Position numbers and translations under genes: made by a program. Source: Thermodesulfobacteriota bacterium (lineage in GTDB: Bacteria > Desulfobacterota_D > UBA1144 > Nemesobacterales > JAJCZQ01). Taken from it: a stretch of DNA of 16,163 bases. The DNA lies in assembly GCA_965203965.1 (NCBI GenBank), contig CBDBDR010000005.1, forward strand, positions 1 through 16,163, written 5' to 3'. Numbering within the stretch: position 1 is the first letter of the stretch; each line of letters begins with the position of its first letter. This document shows, one piece after another, positions 1 through 9,129 of this stretch. Under the pieces are notes generated by a model. It did no database searches. It was not told where the DNA came from and saw only the letters and a program-made list of their open reading frames with translations.

Positions 1-1
1 A

Positions 2-505
2 ATCCGATATACCAACAGAAAATCCAGCTGCCTTTAATTCATCGATACGCTTTAAACTATCTTCGATGCACCTGCCATGAACACAGTGAAATTTACTGGC
101 TGGTTTGATACGACAGTTGTCAAATGCTGTTATAATCTTCGGTGTACATTTTGCATAATATGGTGAATAAGAAATCAAGGTTTCAGAGATTTCCTCAAGA
201 CTGTATTTGTAGTTTTCTATTAGTATGTTTTCAGCATGTTTCCCATCTTCGCCCTTTTTCTTCTTTTTCCTGCTGATAAATCCAGGGCAGTAGCAGTCTG
301 CTACAACTGGCGCTGCTACCACCCAGGACAAGTTGTACTTGAAGTCTAAGTATCTGACGTATATTGAATGAAATCCTGCCTCCAAGCAAGGGAGGAAAGG
401 ATTGTTCTCAGTGAAGTTTCTAGTACTTAAGTTTACGTGAAAACTGACTGCAGAAGCTTCCCAGATACTGAGTTCTTTATTTTTCTCTATAGGGAGAAAT
501 GACAT
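2..505 (-). CDS. AID/APOBEC-like deaminase paralog, copy 1 (subfamily B); 3' end runs off the window; first zinc Cys replaced by Tyr
   Basis: Not in the ORF track because no stop lies in the window. Manual translation from ATG at 505: MSFLPIEKNKELSIWEASAVSFHVNLSTRNF...NLSWVVAAPVVADCYCPGFISRKKKKKGEDGKHAENILIENYKYSLEEISETLISYSPYYAKCTPKIITAFDNCRIKPASKFHCVHGRCIEDSLKRIDELKAAGFSVGISD. HAE at 230-238, SPYYAKC at 146-166. SWVVA, KHAE, KPA.KF.C.H and GF..G align with copy 6. Confidence 0.85.
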   Translation of the reverse strand, partial: MSFLPIEKNKELSIWEASAVSFHVNLSTRNFTENNPFLPCLEAGFHSIYVRYLDFKYNLSWVVAAPVVADCYCPGFISRKKKKKGEDGKHAENILIENYKYSLEEISETLISYSPYYAKCTPKIITAFDNCRIKPASKFHCVHGRCIEDSLKRIDELKAAGFSVGISD

Positions 506-537
506 GATCTACTACATTACAACACTCCTAGCTAGTC

Positions 538-544
538 TTATATA
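538..544 (-). promoter_or_regulatory. Candidate TATA box (TATATAA) for copy 1
   Basis: About 33 nt upstream of the ATG at 505; copy 2 has TATAAAA at a similar spacing. Confidence 0.4.
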
Positions 545-953
545 GCCTTAAAACCACGTGCTGAGTTTTCAGGGAAAAATTCCAGAAATTGCTCTTTCGC
601 CGACGTATTGTGAATATCATTTTTATGACTGTTAAAATGCAGTTCACTACCCAAAATTTCCGTTCATCGACGATAATTCGAGACTCGAGGATAATAGCGA
701 AAAAATGTTCCGTCCAGCCCTCGGTAGCATCATTGGCTTGAAGCTTCTCGTTTTTATAGACCTGCTACCGCTACACGTCGAGAAATCTGGTGTGATAATT
801 GCTACATCATTTCGGGGATCGCATGCACTTCGTGATTTATAGATTTCACTGAAAGTCGCTAGCAAAGCACGGACACGCGTCAACATGCTTCACAGCAAGT
901 TTCGGGCTAAAGAATTTGAGTCATAACTATGTGGCTGGTTGGCATAAATTATA

Positions 954-1299
954 CTACGTTACGTAGTATCTATGGCATAGCTTACTAGCTGTCCCACTTG
1001 TGTTTATGGTTACTTGCAGTTGCAGATGACCCTTTCCAGTGGTAGTGGGTCTAGCAAACATTGCATAGTTAGGTATAGAAATCAGTAGGTTACGCTGAGT
1101 AAACACTTTTATTTGAAAATCGACACTGAAAGATGGCTCATGTAGTTTCATTTTGATGTATTTAATATTTGATCTCGTATTTTTTGCTCCCTTCATTTTG
1201 CACTCTTGAAGTTGCGTTTCCGTTTTACTTTTCTCTGGATCTTCAGCAGCAATCAGATAGTCCGCTGGTCTCCTCTCAGCAATTATATCCCAGGCATCA
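954..1299 (-). pseudogene. C-terminal fragment of deaminase copy 2 (subfamily A)
   Basis: Translates DAWDIIAERRPADYLIAAEDPEKSKTETQLQECKMKGAKNTRSNIKYIKMKLHEPSFSVDFQIKVFTQRNL, colinear with copy 3 (HAWDITTEKKPVDYLTEAEKP...ARNTRSMIEDIKSKLHKLYFCVGYPKAQVKVFTSNL). Homology stops at about 1299, where the long inverted repeat begins. Confidence 0.85.
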
Positions 1300-1677
1300 A
1301 CAAGAAATTAAAAAGATTTCTGTCGAAATCAAAAGGATGTAGGGTTGTAAAATCTACCACTGGTCCACAATGCAATCTAACAAGAAACAAGTATGGAATG
1401 GTAACACGATTGACTTGCTAACAGACCATAGATCCCTACATCAGTGGCTGCTGTGGTTGGCTATAGCTAGGTCAGCTAGTTGCTGTTGACACCTGACGTG
1501 CATTCCGCTTGTGACATCTTATGTACAGCCACTGATGTAGGGATCTATGGTCTGTTAGCAAGTCAATCGTGTTACCATTCCATACTTGTTTCTTGTTAGA
1601 TTGCATTGTGGACCAGTGGTAGATTTTACAACCCTACATCCTTTTGATTTCGACAGAAATCTTTTTAATTTCTTGTT
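1299..1677. repeat. Perfect 152-bp inverted repeat with 75-bp spacer
   Basis: 1299-1450 is the exact reverse complement of 1526-1677 (checked base by base); spacer 1451-1525; no target-site duplication seen. Confidence 0.95.
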
Positions 1678-2199
1678 TGCGTCCTTTTTTCCTTTTAGTG
1701 AAGTGCAGTTCAATATCATGAACGTACTGAGCTGTCTTTGTTTCCACCAATGGTTTAGTTTCCTGTTGTTGATGGCTTTTCTTTATTATTAAGAATTTTA
1801 AACTTGTAGCTAAAAATAATTGTTATGCTGTACATATCAGCTCGCCTACGCTTGTATGCATGCATGCATGCAGTGGATACGAGCCCCGCCCACACTTGTT
1901 TGTAGACCTGTAGGGCGGTTATAATTATCTGGCAAGCGCAGAATGGTGATCCTATACGAGCTTACCTTTCTTCGAAGACTCCAGCCAAATATGTGTTCTC
2001 CGTGATCCATACGGCGTGGCGATACTCAAGCTAGTGCTTGGTCACGTGCGCTAACCACTTCGTGATCACGTGCGTATTGCGCAATCACAATTATGGCGTC
2101 TAACACTTATGGATTATGATCGAGAACTCGCGGAATTTATATCGCCGTTTCGCTAAAAACAAAGTTCAAAAGGCACTTGCCAGGAGAATTTCACGACTG

Positions 2200-2499
<300 letters not shown>

Positions 2500-2766
2500 T
2501 GGTGAATATGTTATGTAAATAGCCTCAACATAAAGCTGTCTAGTTCTAGCAAGGTATCTTATCTCTATCTCCTCAGCATGATATCCATATTGAGGTGTGC
2601 TCTTAGCCACGATGTATTTATAGCAACCATATTCATGACATTCTGCAACAGCTACAGCATGCTTCGGATAGTACTTCTGCCAGGGTTTACATCTTATCGA
2701 TGCTATCTGTAAATTGATCTCACAGAAACGAATACTTATAAAAAGGCTTTGAAAGTAATGTAACAT
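2500..2766 (-). pseudogene. N-terminal fragment of deaminase copy 2 (subfamily A)
   Basis: MLHYFQSLFISIRFCEINL...CKPWQKYYPKHAVAVAECHEYGCYKYIVAKSTPQYGYHAEEIEIRYLARTRQLYVEAIYITYSP aligns closely with copy 3. Homology ends right after SP, before CxxC; the rest of ORF 2404-2766 is foreign sequence. Confidence 0.9.
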
Positions 2767-2806
2767 TATAGAATTTATAGTAATAGTAAACTTACTCTTC
2801 TCAGCC

Positions 2807-2863
2807 TTTTATAGGCTGTCAAGTGCTATTATTAGAAATTACAAATACATAATTATGACATCA
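2807..2863 (-). promoter_or_regulatory. Candidate promoter of copy 2: TATAAAA (2807-2813) and TGACATCA (2856-2863)
   Basis: TATA about 41 nt upstream of the ATG at 2766; 2823-2885 is homologous to 5552-5628, the displaced upstream region of copy 3. Confidence 0.5.
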
Positions 2864-3644
2864 TGTACTTAATTCATAACGTGCTATGGTTTTACTTGTG
2901 CAATTCATGGTTACCTTCTTAGGATCCTTGGAATTTTCATGTGCGCATGGCACACATACTTGCAAACCGGATCATGCCCAGGATTGCAAAATGGTCGGTC
3001 GTTTTGAAGTGCTGCATGTGATGAGAGTACGTGTGTACATGCAAAATACTCTTTTTGTCATTAGAACTATGCCTACTTTCCTTTATATTCATAGCTGCTT
3101 ACTATTAAAGACGTGGTACAGTGCTTTTATTATCAAAATCACTTCACCAGTACTTCATGACAGAGAGAAAAGCTTGATACATCAGCTATTGCTTCGTGTC
3201 GTAATTGTTCCCAGTGTGAGTCTTCAGGCTTATTCATGTCCTAACTTTTGAGTCCTACATGTACTGTAAACAGGCTACATAATTCTGTCGAGTGTTACCA
3301 TACATTTTTTGTCTATCATCCAAATGATCTAATGTACATGTAAGTTTGTGACAAATAAATTTCACCCTTGTATTCTGCTTGTGTTAGTGAGTTTCGTGCG
3401 AAACAAGAAAGCCGCTATAATATCTGAGTCTATTGGTGTTGGAAACATTATACTGTATCATTGCCAGAAATGTTTTGTTTTTAAAGTGCGTGACGCAGGC
3501 GAACATGTTTTATTTATGTGAGTATGCTGTGCTTGACTAGTCTGGTTTATAATGACAACACTTGATTACAAGTGCTACCTATCTTGTTCCTTTACTTCAC
3601 ATTACCCCTACACTTTTAAAATAATTTTTACTTGTAAATAAAAA

Positions 3645-4334
3645 TCAGATTTTTAAATTTGAAGTAAACACTTTAACTTGTGCCTTTGGATAACCAACAC
3701 AAAAATATAGTTTATGTAGTTTCGATTTTATGTCTTCGATCATTGATCTTGTATTTCTGGCTCTCTCTTGAAACATTATTTTACACCTTTCAAGATGCAT
3801 TTCCATTCTTCTTCTCTTTTGTTTTCTTGGTTTCTCTGCTTCTGTCAGATAGTCCACTGGCTTTTTCTCAGTAGTAATATCCCAGGCATGAATTTGAAAT
3901 CCATCTCGGATCAACAGCTTAAGACTCCGAATAGCTCCTTCATGTTTCCTGGCTCCTGGTTTACCATAGATGCAGAGAAATTTAATATTTGGTTTTTTAT
4001 AAAGCCGGAAAGTACCAAGGAGAAGCGTTGTACAGGAAGAACACGGTGAATATGTTATGTAAATAGTCTCAACATCTGCAAGCTGTCTAGTTCTAGCAAG
4101 GTGTCTTATCAGTATCTCCTCAGCATGGTATCCTTCATCATGACCACAAGGAGGTGTGCTCTTAGCGACGATGTATTTATAACGACCATATTGATCACGA
4201 CATTCTGCAACAGCTACAGCGTACTTTGGGTAGTACTCCTGCCAGGGTTTACACTCTGCCGCTTGGGCTACCTGTGACAACTTGATGTCACAGACAAAAA
4301 TACCTGTAAAAAGACTTAAATAATAATTCAAGAT
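3645..4334 (-). CDS. AID/APOBEC-like deaminase paralog, copy 3 (subfamily A); catalytic motifs intact but no in-frame ATG
   Basis: Uninterrupted frame with HAEE (4116-4127), IYITYSPCSSC (SPCSSC 4032-4049), KPNIKFLCIY and SLKLLIRDGFQIHAWD, the strand/helix order of AID/APOBEC-type deaminases. The track start is TTG; the codon matching the copy 2 ATG is ATC (4332-4334). Confidence 0.85.
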   Translation of the reverse strand: MLNYYLSLFTGIFVCDIKLSQVAQAAECKPWQEYYPKYAVAVAECRDQYGRYKYIVAKSTPPCGHDEGYHAEEILIRHLARTRQLADVETIYITYSPCSSCTTLLLGTFRLYKKPNIKFLCIYGKPGARKHEGAIRSLKLLIRDGFQIHAWDITTEKKPVDYLTEAEKPRKQKRRRMEMHLERCKIMFQERARNTRSMIEDIKSKLHKLYFCVGYPKAQVKVFTSNLKI

Positions 4335-4365
4335 AATGGCTAGTTACTGGTTTTCTAGCCTTTAA

Positions 4366-4956
4366 CCCTTTAACCCCTAATGTCGCCTTTTGGCGACATA
4401 CATACTTCAGACACCATAACTTTATCAAAAAGTGTTAAAATATCCAAAAATTAAGCCAAATTGAATAATACAAATAACCGCCAAAAATTGACCGGTTTTC
4501 GGCGCGCCCCCTGCGCTAAACGTTATGGTGACGGCATTTCTATGGCTTCAGTGCAAAATTCACAACATTTTAGGAAAAACAAAATGGCTGCCAAGAAAAT
4601 TGGGACATTTTATGGCTTCAGGGTGCTCGGAAACACATTTTTGGACATTCTCTATGATCTGGGCTACATTTTGCACTCACCAAAACCACTGCTATTTGTG
4701 TGTACTTTTCAGCAGCCAGCCCCAAAGTACTAACTTTGAGCAAAATTTGACGAGGTCATCGCACTTTATCAGCTTCACTTTCGAAGTGGGAGGGGCATAT
4801 TGACCGACTTGAGTGTGGGCAATTGCGGCTACTCACTGGGGTAAAAGGACGCAAATTTGAGACCAGTAGCTCAAAAGACACACCAGATATTCACGAGAGA
4901 AGTGGTCAGCATTTACGAGGTTAAAATTTCAGCTGGATAATTTAGTAATTAAAGGG
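4366..4956. mobile_element. Non-autonomous piggyBac-like element (591 bp), TTAA target duplication
   Basis: TTAA(4362-4365) CCCTTTAA...TTAAAGGG TTAA(4957-4960); internal sequence recurs at about 6630-6984 and 13460-13826; no transposase ORF. Confidence 0.85.
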
Positions 4957-4960
4957 TTAA

Positions 4961-5533
4961 GGGTGGAAATCCCAAACATCAGGATTACGAAAATTTTGGT
5001 TTCTACTGTTAGTTGAAGGTTTGGTCAGTCACACTGATCACCCAAGAAAGTCGCCATTCGTCTTGTGGGCGTAGCAAGCCCCACCCAATGACGAAAAGTT
5101 GCGTTTCTTTCCTGAGCATGCCACACCCACACAAAATGTCAGACATAAACTTTGGTAGACAAGGAAGAAACGTATGTATCGGATTTTGCAAAAAGGTCTC
5201 TGTCTGTAAGTTACAGAGGGGCGAATATTTAATGAGAACAAACGATTTCGGCAAAAATCCCTTACCAGCAGCGATGGAAGAAGATACATCTCCTTTTGCC
5301 AGAGCACCAAAAAAATGCCACCTGACGCCCTCCCACCCTCCCCACGACCCACCCACTCCTATGTGGGTCTCTCCTGATTGCCGAGTACGAAATAATTTTG
5401 TTCCAAATACGGCAAGTGCTACTGGAGTGTGGGTACACCCATTTTCCTTGTAAAACGGGCAAGTAATAGCCAGGACACTGTAGATTATATTGTGCAAAGG
5501 GCAGCAAGAAAGAATAGTTCGGGTTTTCCTGGC
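4961..5533. mobile_element. Second TTAA-flanked non-autonomous element (573 bp), possibly Kolobok-like
   Basis: Left end GGGTGGAAATCCCAAAC; right end reverse complement GCCAGGAAAACCCGAAC (12 of 17 match). TTAA at 4957-4960 and 5534-5537. Homology to the copy 2 upstream region resumes just beyond 5537. Confidence 0.7.
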
Positions 5534-5537
5534 TTAA

Positions 5538-5630
5538 ACATCCAATTCTTCTGTGGTATTATTAGAAGCTCTGATTGCATCATCATGACATCACTTGGTT
5601 ACTTAATAATATTCATGAGCATGATATTCA
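5538..5630 (-). promoter_or_regulatory. Displaced upstream region of copy 3, with TGACATCA at 5586-5593
   Basis: gtggtattattagaa...catcatcatgacatca...tacttaat...attcat aligns with gtgctattattagaa...cataattatgacatca..tacttaattcat upstream of copy 2. Confidence 0.6.
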
Positions 5631-6106
5631 TGATTATTTTGCTATCTTTGTAGGCTGCTGATGCATTGCAAACGTCACTAGCTGTACAATCAGTTATTTA
5701 GAAATGAAAATACATTACGCTTTGCAGAGATTATTGAATCGTGAGTTGTATAATGCACTAACCCGTGCAGAATTTAAATCTCATAAATGCAGATCATTCT
5801 GTTATCTGTTAAATAAAAGTCAGAATTTGTTATGTCTGCACTCGTGAGATGATGAGATCATGCAAGAAATATTTATTACTCAGCATCTGCAAAGTGATGC
5901 ATTAGCACGATGTGGGTAAATCAATACTCAACTTAACTATGATCATAGTTTATTGTATGACTAGCAAATGCACCGAATGGGTACAGGGGTGTGGCATCAT
6001 TGACCAACTACGCATGCATATAAACTATCACCATGAGGAAGCTGGCTGGAACAGCCACCATATTCAGCATTAGGATCAAATCAGCTGTTCCAATGACTGT
6101 ACGAAT

Positions 6107-6575
6107 CCTCTCAGCAGTTATATCCCAGGCATCACTTGGAAACCAATCTTTGATCAGTAGTTTAAAAATCTGAATAGCTCCTTCATGTTTCCTGCTTCCT
6201 GGTCTTCTATAGACGCAGAGAAATTTAATCATTGGTTTTCTGTAGCAATTAGAAAATGCATCAAGAACTAGAAGTAACATTGTACAGGTGAACATGTTAT
6301 TCTCAGCATCTTCAAGCTGTCTAGTTCTAGCTTATCAGTATCTCCTCAACATGGTATCCTTCATCATGACCATAAAGACGTGTGCTCTTAGCCACAATAT
6401 ATTTATAGCGACAATAATATTGATCACGACATTTTGCCACAGTTATGGCATGCTTCAGTTAGTATCTCCTGGCCTGCAAGACTAAGTATCTCCTCAGCTA
6501 ACCTTTATGGCTCGTTTAGCTCAGGCAACTTTATCTTACAGAAAGGAGTGCTTGTGAAAATACACTTACATATTA
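6107..6575 (-). pseudogene. Deaminase copy 4 (subfamily A), pseudogene
   Basis: Colinear with copy 3: FTSTPFCKIKL, YIVAKST, GHDEGYHVEEILI (HVEE 6342-6353), KPMIKFLCVYRRPGSRKHEGAIQIFKLLIKDWFPSDAWDITAER. A deletion near 6285 removes the first Cys of PCxxC and shifts the frame; further deletions and stops; 3' end lost at about 6107. Confidence 0.9.
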
Positions 6576-6592
6576 AAATTTTGGCAACTTAA

Positions 6593-6984
6593 CCTTGGCT
6601 TTATTGCAAATTTTGCCATAATTTTTATAAGGCCGTCAAGAAAAGTTTTGACATCTTATGGCTTCAGGACACTCGGAAGACACATTTTCACATCAATAAA
6701 TCTTTATAATCTGGGCTACATTTTGTCAGTGCTATTTGTATGTACATGTATTTTTCAGTAGCCAGCACCAAAGTTCTAACATTGACGAGGTCATTGCACT
6801 TTATTGGCTTCACTTTTGCAGTGAGAGGGGCCTCGTGATCAACTTGAGCATGGACAATTGTGGCTACTCACTGGCAAGAAAGGACACAAGTTTGAAAACA
6901 ATAGCACAAAACCCACAAGATACTCTCGAAAGAATTGGCCATCATCTTATAATTCCATCATGATTTATTATTAATTTTAAAGGT
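6593..6984. mobile_element. Degenerate, internally deleted copy of the piggyBac-like element
   Basis: TTAA(6589-6592)CC... and ...TTAAAGGT TTAA(6985-6988); internal matches to 4586-4900 (tatggcttcagg, tctgggctacattttg, gacgaggtcat, gctactcactgg). Confidence 0.8.
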
Positions 6985-7020
6985 TTAATCAATCTACTTA
7001 ATTATTTTTTGCTGAGTCTA

Positions 7021-7624
7021 CTAGTTGGGGTTACATTCCTCAGTGTGATGTAGGCTTGTATTTAGTTGTATGTTAGGGGCTGCTTCAGCAATCGCGTCAC
7101 ATAATTGTACAGCATTTCTTTCTATTTCTTCCGGCATGCTTAGAATCATGTCATCAAGTCTCCAATCTTTTCTTACTTCAAAGTCATGCCATTACAACAA
7201 TTCAATATTCTTCCTAACATGTTTAGTTATATGTCGTTGGTTTAGTACGCTGGAACCGAAATGCCAATATTAAATATACTGTGCAACTGCTGCAGGGAGG
7301 GTATGTCAAGTAGATTGATTCAATGTCTTCAATATTTTTCCTTTACTGTATTCATCAAGCAGTATTTTCTCAGCATGGACACCAGAAGTTTTTCCGTCAT
7401 CCTGCGATGCAGTGGCCACGAACTTCCTGTCTGCTTTTCGACAATGTTTGTGGTGCTTTACTACCGCAAAACTCAACGAATTATTTCGGTAAAGATTGTC
7501 ACTATTGGACCACTTGTAATTTCCGGCGACCAGGTTCTGGAAATTATTTGGTTCTACGAGTTGTACTTCTTGGTTTATCATGATGTTCAGTTCGAGTGCC
7601 ACGCCGTAGGTACGCGAATTATCG
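7021..7624 (-). pseudogene. Deaminase copy 5 (subfamily B), main body, pseudogene
   Basis: SLSFAVVKHHKH...FVATASQDDGKTSGVHAEKILLDEY (HAE 7369-7377). Frameshift at the A5 run (7335-7339), then NIEDIESIYLTYPPCSSCTVYLILAFRFQRTKPT (PPCSSC 7283-7300). A second deletion/frameshift follows, then HITKHVRKNIELL*WHDFEVRKDW (TAA 7192-7194), matching copy 6 HITRS...KNLQLLQTNGFELGVW. That frame ends at TAG 7021-7023. Confidence 0.88.
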
Positions 7625-8817
7625 TAGCGATGCCAGATACTAATGCAAACAATAAAAGACTTACAGCGAAGAGTCTTTTCTTTCATAAGAAACAAATGTG
7701 CTCATACTTTGAGATACAAGCCCAGCGCTTTTTAGCAATCTTTGTTCTGTGTTATTAGACCGAGTAGTTCTCGAGATATTGAACGTCGAAAGTTTGCTTC
7801 TAATTACTCGTAATACAAATTAATATTGAAAATCAGTGTGCTAATAGCCAAATATTAATTTAGCATGTAGAACTATACATACTACCAGTTTAGAACTAGT
7901 GTTATTTTTAACGGAAAAATGCGGAAACGCAATATTCAAATTTGTTGTTTTTTTTACACATGTATATGGTAGGAGCCGAAATGGCAACAGCTAGTAGTGC
8001 AGAAAGATACGCTGGGGATCACTGCAAGAAGCTGGGTCTCTCTATCAACCAGTTTTATTCCGCAAGCCAAGTGATGAAGATAACGAACATTAAGAAGGGT
8101 GCAGTGTATGAGCTCTGCCAGGTACGAAAGTCTAGGGGTACTCCTTGGAGAGACTTCTATGAGTTGATGAGAGCAGTGTGTGATGAATCGTTTACAGTCT
8201 CATTTGAAAGTTTTAAAGTTATGGTTGGTAGGCTAGAAAAGAGGAGAAGTTTACTATTGCGAAACAAGAAAAGAGAATATATTGAGGTTTTATTAGGAGA
8301 GCCGTTTTGTGGCAGGCATACCATTCCAGAGCCTGTTACTGACTCGGAAGACAGTGTGCTAGCAAAGGAAAGAGCAAAGACTGAAGAGTTAACTGCTAAC
8401 TCCAGCATCTCTTTAGTGGCTCAAACGACTAATTAATGACAGAGGATCAAAAGACGTGATTTTAAGATTGCTGAGTCCACAGCCCAGATCAATGAAATGG
8501 ACAGAGAAAGAGAATCTTGGGATAAATGCATCACCAAACTTGCCAGCTATAGTAATTAATGTGTTTTCTTGAACTCAAACCACTAATTAATGACATCACT
8601 AGTCATGTATAAACATTACATAACAAGGTGCCACAGTTTGTACAGTGAAGTGGTGCACAAACTATTGGCTGTTTGCCTTATTTTAAAATTTAATATCTCA
8701 GGATTGGTTGCAGCTAACGACTTACTTTTTGGTGAATGATATAAAACAACAATTGTAGAATTTTTGGAAAATTTTAAGTACCTATTTAAATGCAAAAAAA
8801 TTTTCCTGGCATCGCTA
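7625..8817 (+). mobile_element. Internally deleted DNA transposon (1193 bp) inserted in the 5' coding region of copy 5
   Basis: Perfect terminal inverted repeats TAGCGATGCCAG (7625-7636) / CTGGCATCGCTA (8806-8817); flanking duplication ATTATCG (7618-7624 and 8818-8824), extendable to AATTATCGT if the terminal T/A are counted as target. Confidence 0.88.
7981..8558 (+). pseudogene. Truncated transposon-borne ORF, probably the N-terminus of the element's own protein
   Basis: ORF 7942-8436 (MATASSAERY...) lies wholly inside the TIRs; after two stops the frame continues QRIKRRDFKIAESTAQINEMDRERESWDKCITKL (coiled-coil-like); no DDE core present. Confidence 0.55.
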
Positions 8818-8824
8818 ATTATCG

Positions 8825-8892
8825 TCGTTCTGTTCTATGGTGAGGCAGATAGACAAAAATTGTTGCTGTAACCAGAGACGATAGAAAAATCG
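8825..8892 (-). pseudogene. Separated 5' part of deaminase copy 5
   Basis: Removing 7625-8824 gives an in-frame read RFFYRLWLQQQFLSICLTIEQND-DNSRTYGVALEL, weakly similar to copy 6 DYFRRVWKKVAAAFFVGIKLHL; TAG at 8893-8895 upstream and no ATG found. Confidence 0.5.
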
Positions 8893-8946
8893 CTATCTCG
8901 TCCGGCGCGGCACCGTGCCGTCGTCACATTTTGGCACGTGCGCAAC

Positions 8947-9016
8947 TAGTCTGGCCGCTGCCCCTCCCCGCCTATTGAGTGGGTGCAATAGGCGGGGAGG
9001 GGCAGCGGCCAGACTA
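8947..9016. mobile_element. 70-bp palindromic miniature element with 9-bp target duplication (TAG...CTA ends; Academ-like assignment is inference)
   Basis: Perfect arms 8945-8977 / 8986-9018 with loop AGTGGGTG; GTGCGCAAC duplicated at 8938-8946 and 9017-9025. Confidence 0.85.
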
Positions 9017-9129
9017 GTGCGCAACGAGCGTACTAAAAATAGTGGAAATCCGCACCGAGACTACGCCGTGACGCTTTTTGTGGACAAGATAGTCAGTATG
9101 CGCTGAGATCTTACCGTGAGGCGTATCCA

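Noticed and set aside
4260..4334. Signal peptide suggesting a secreted SNAD-type deaminase
   Set aside because: The hydrophobic stretch is short, lacks a start Met here, and aligns with an internal segment of copies 1 and 6.
4961..4973. NF-kB-like site GGAAATCCC upstream of copy 3
   Set aside because: It is part of the terminal inverted repeat of the inserted element; similar motifs at 572-583 and 9043-9051 are too degenerate to call.
5009..5507. Overlapping 81-162 aa ORFs
   Set aside because: They lie inside a 573-bp non-autonomous element and show no recognisable domain.
7335..7339. Programmed frameshift at the A5 run in copy 5
   Set aside because: The copy has a second frameshift, an in-frame stop and a transposon insertion, so decay explains it.
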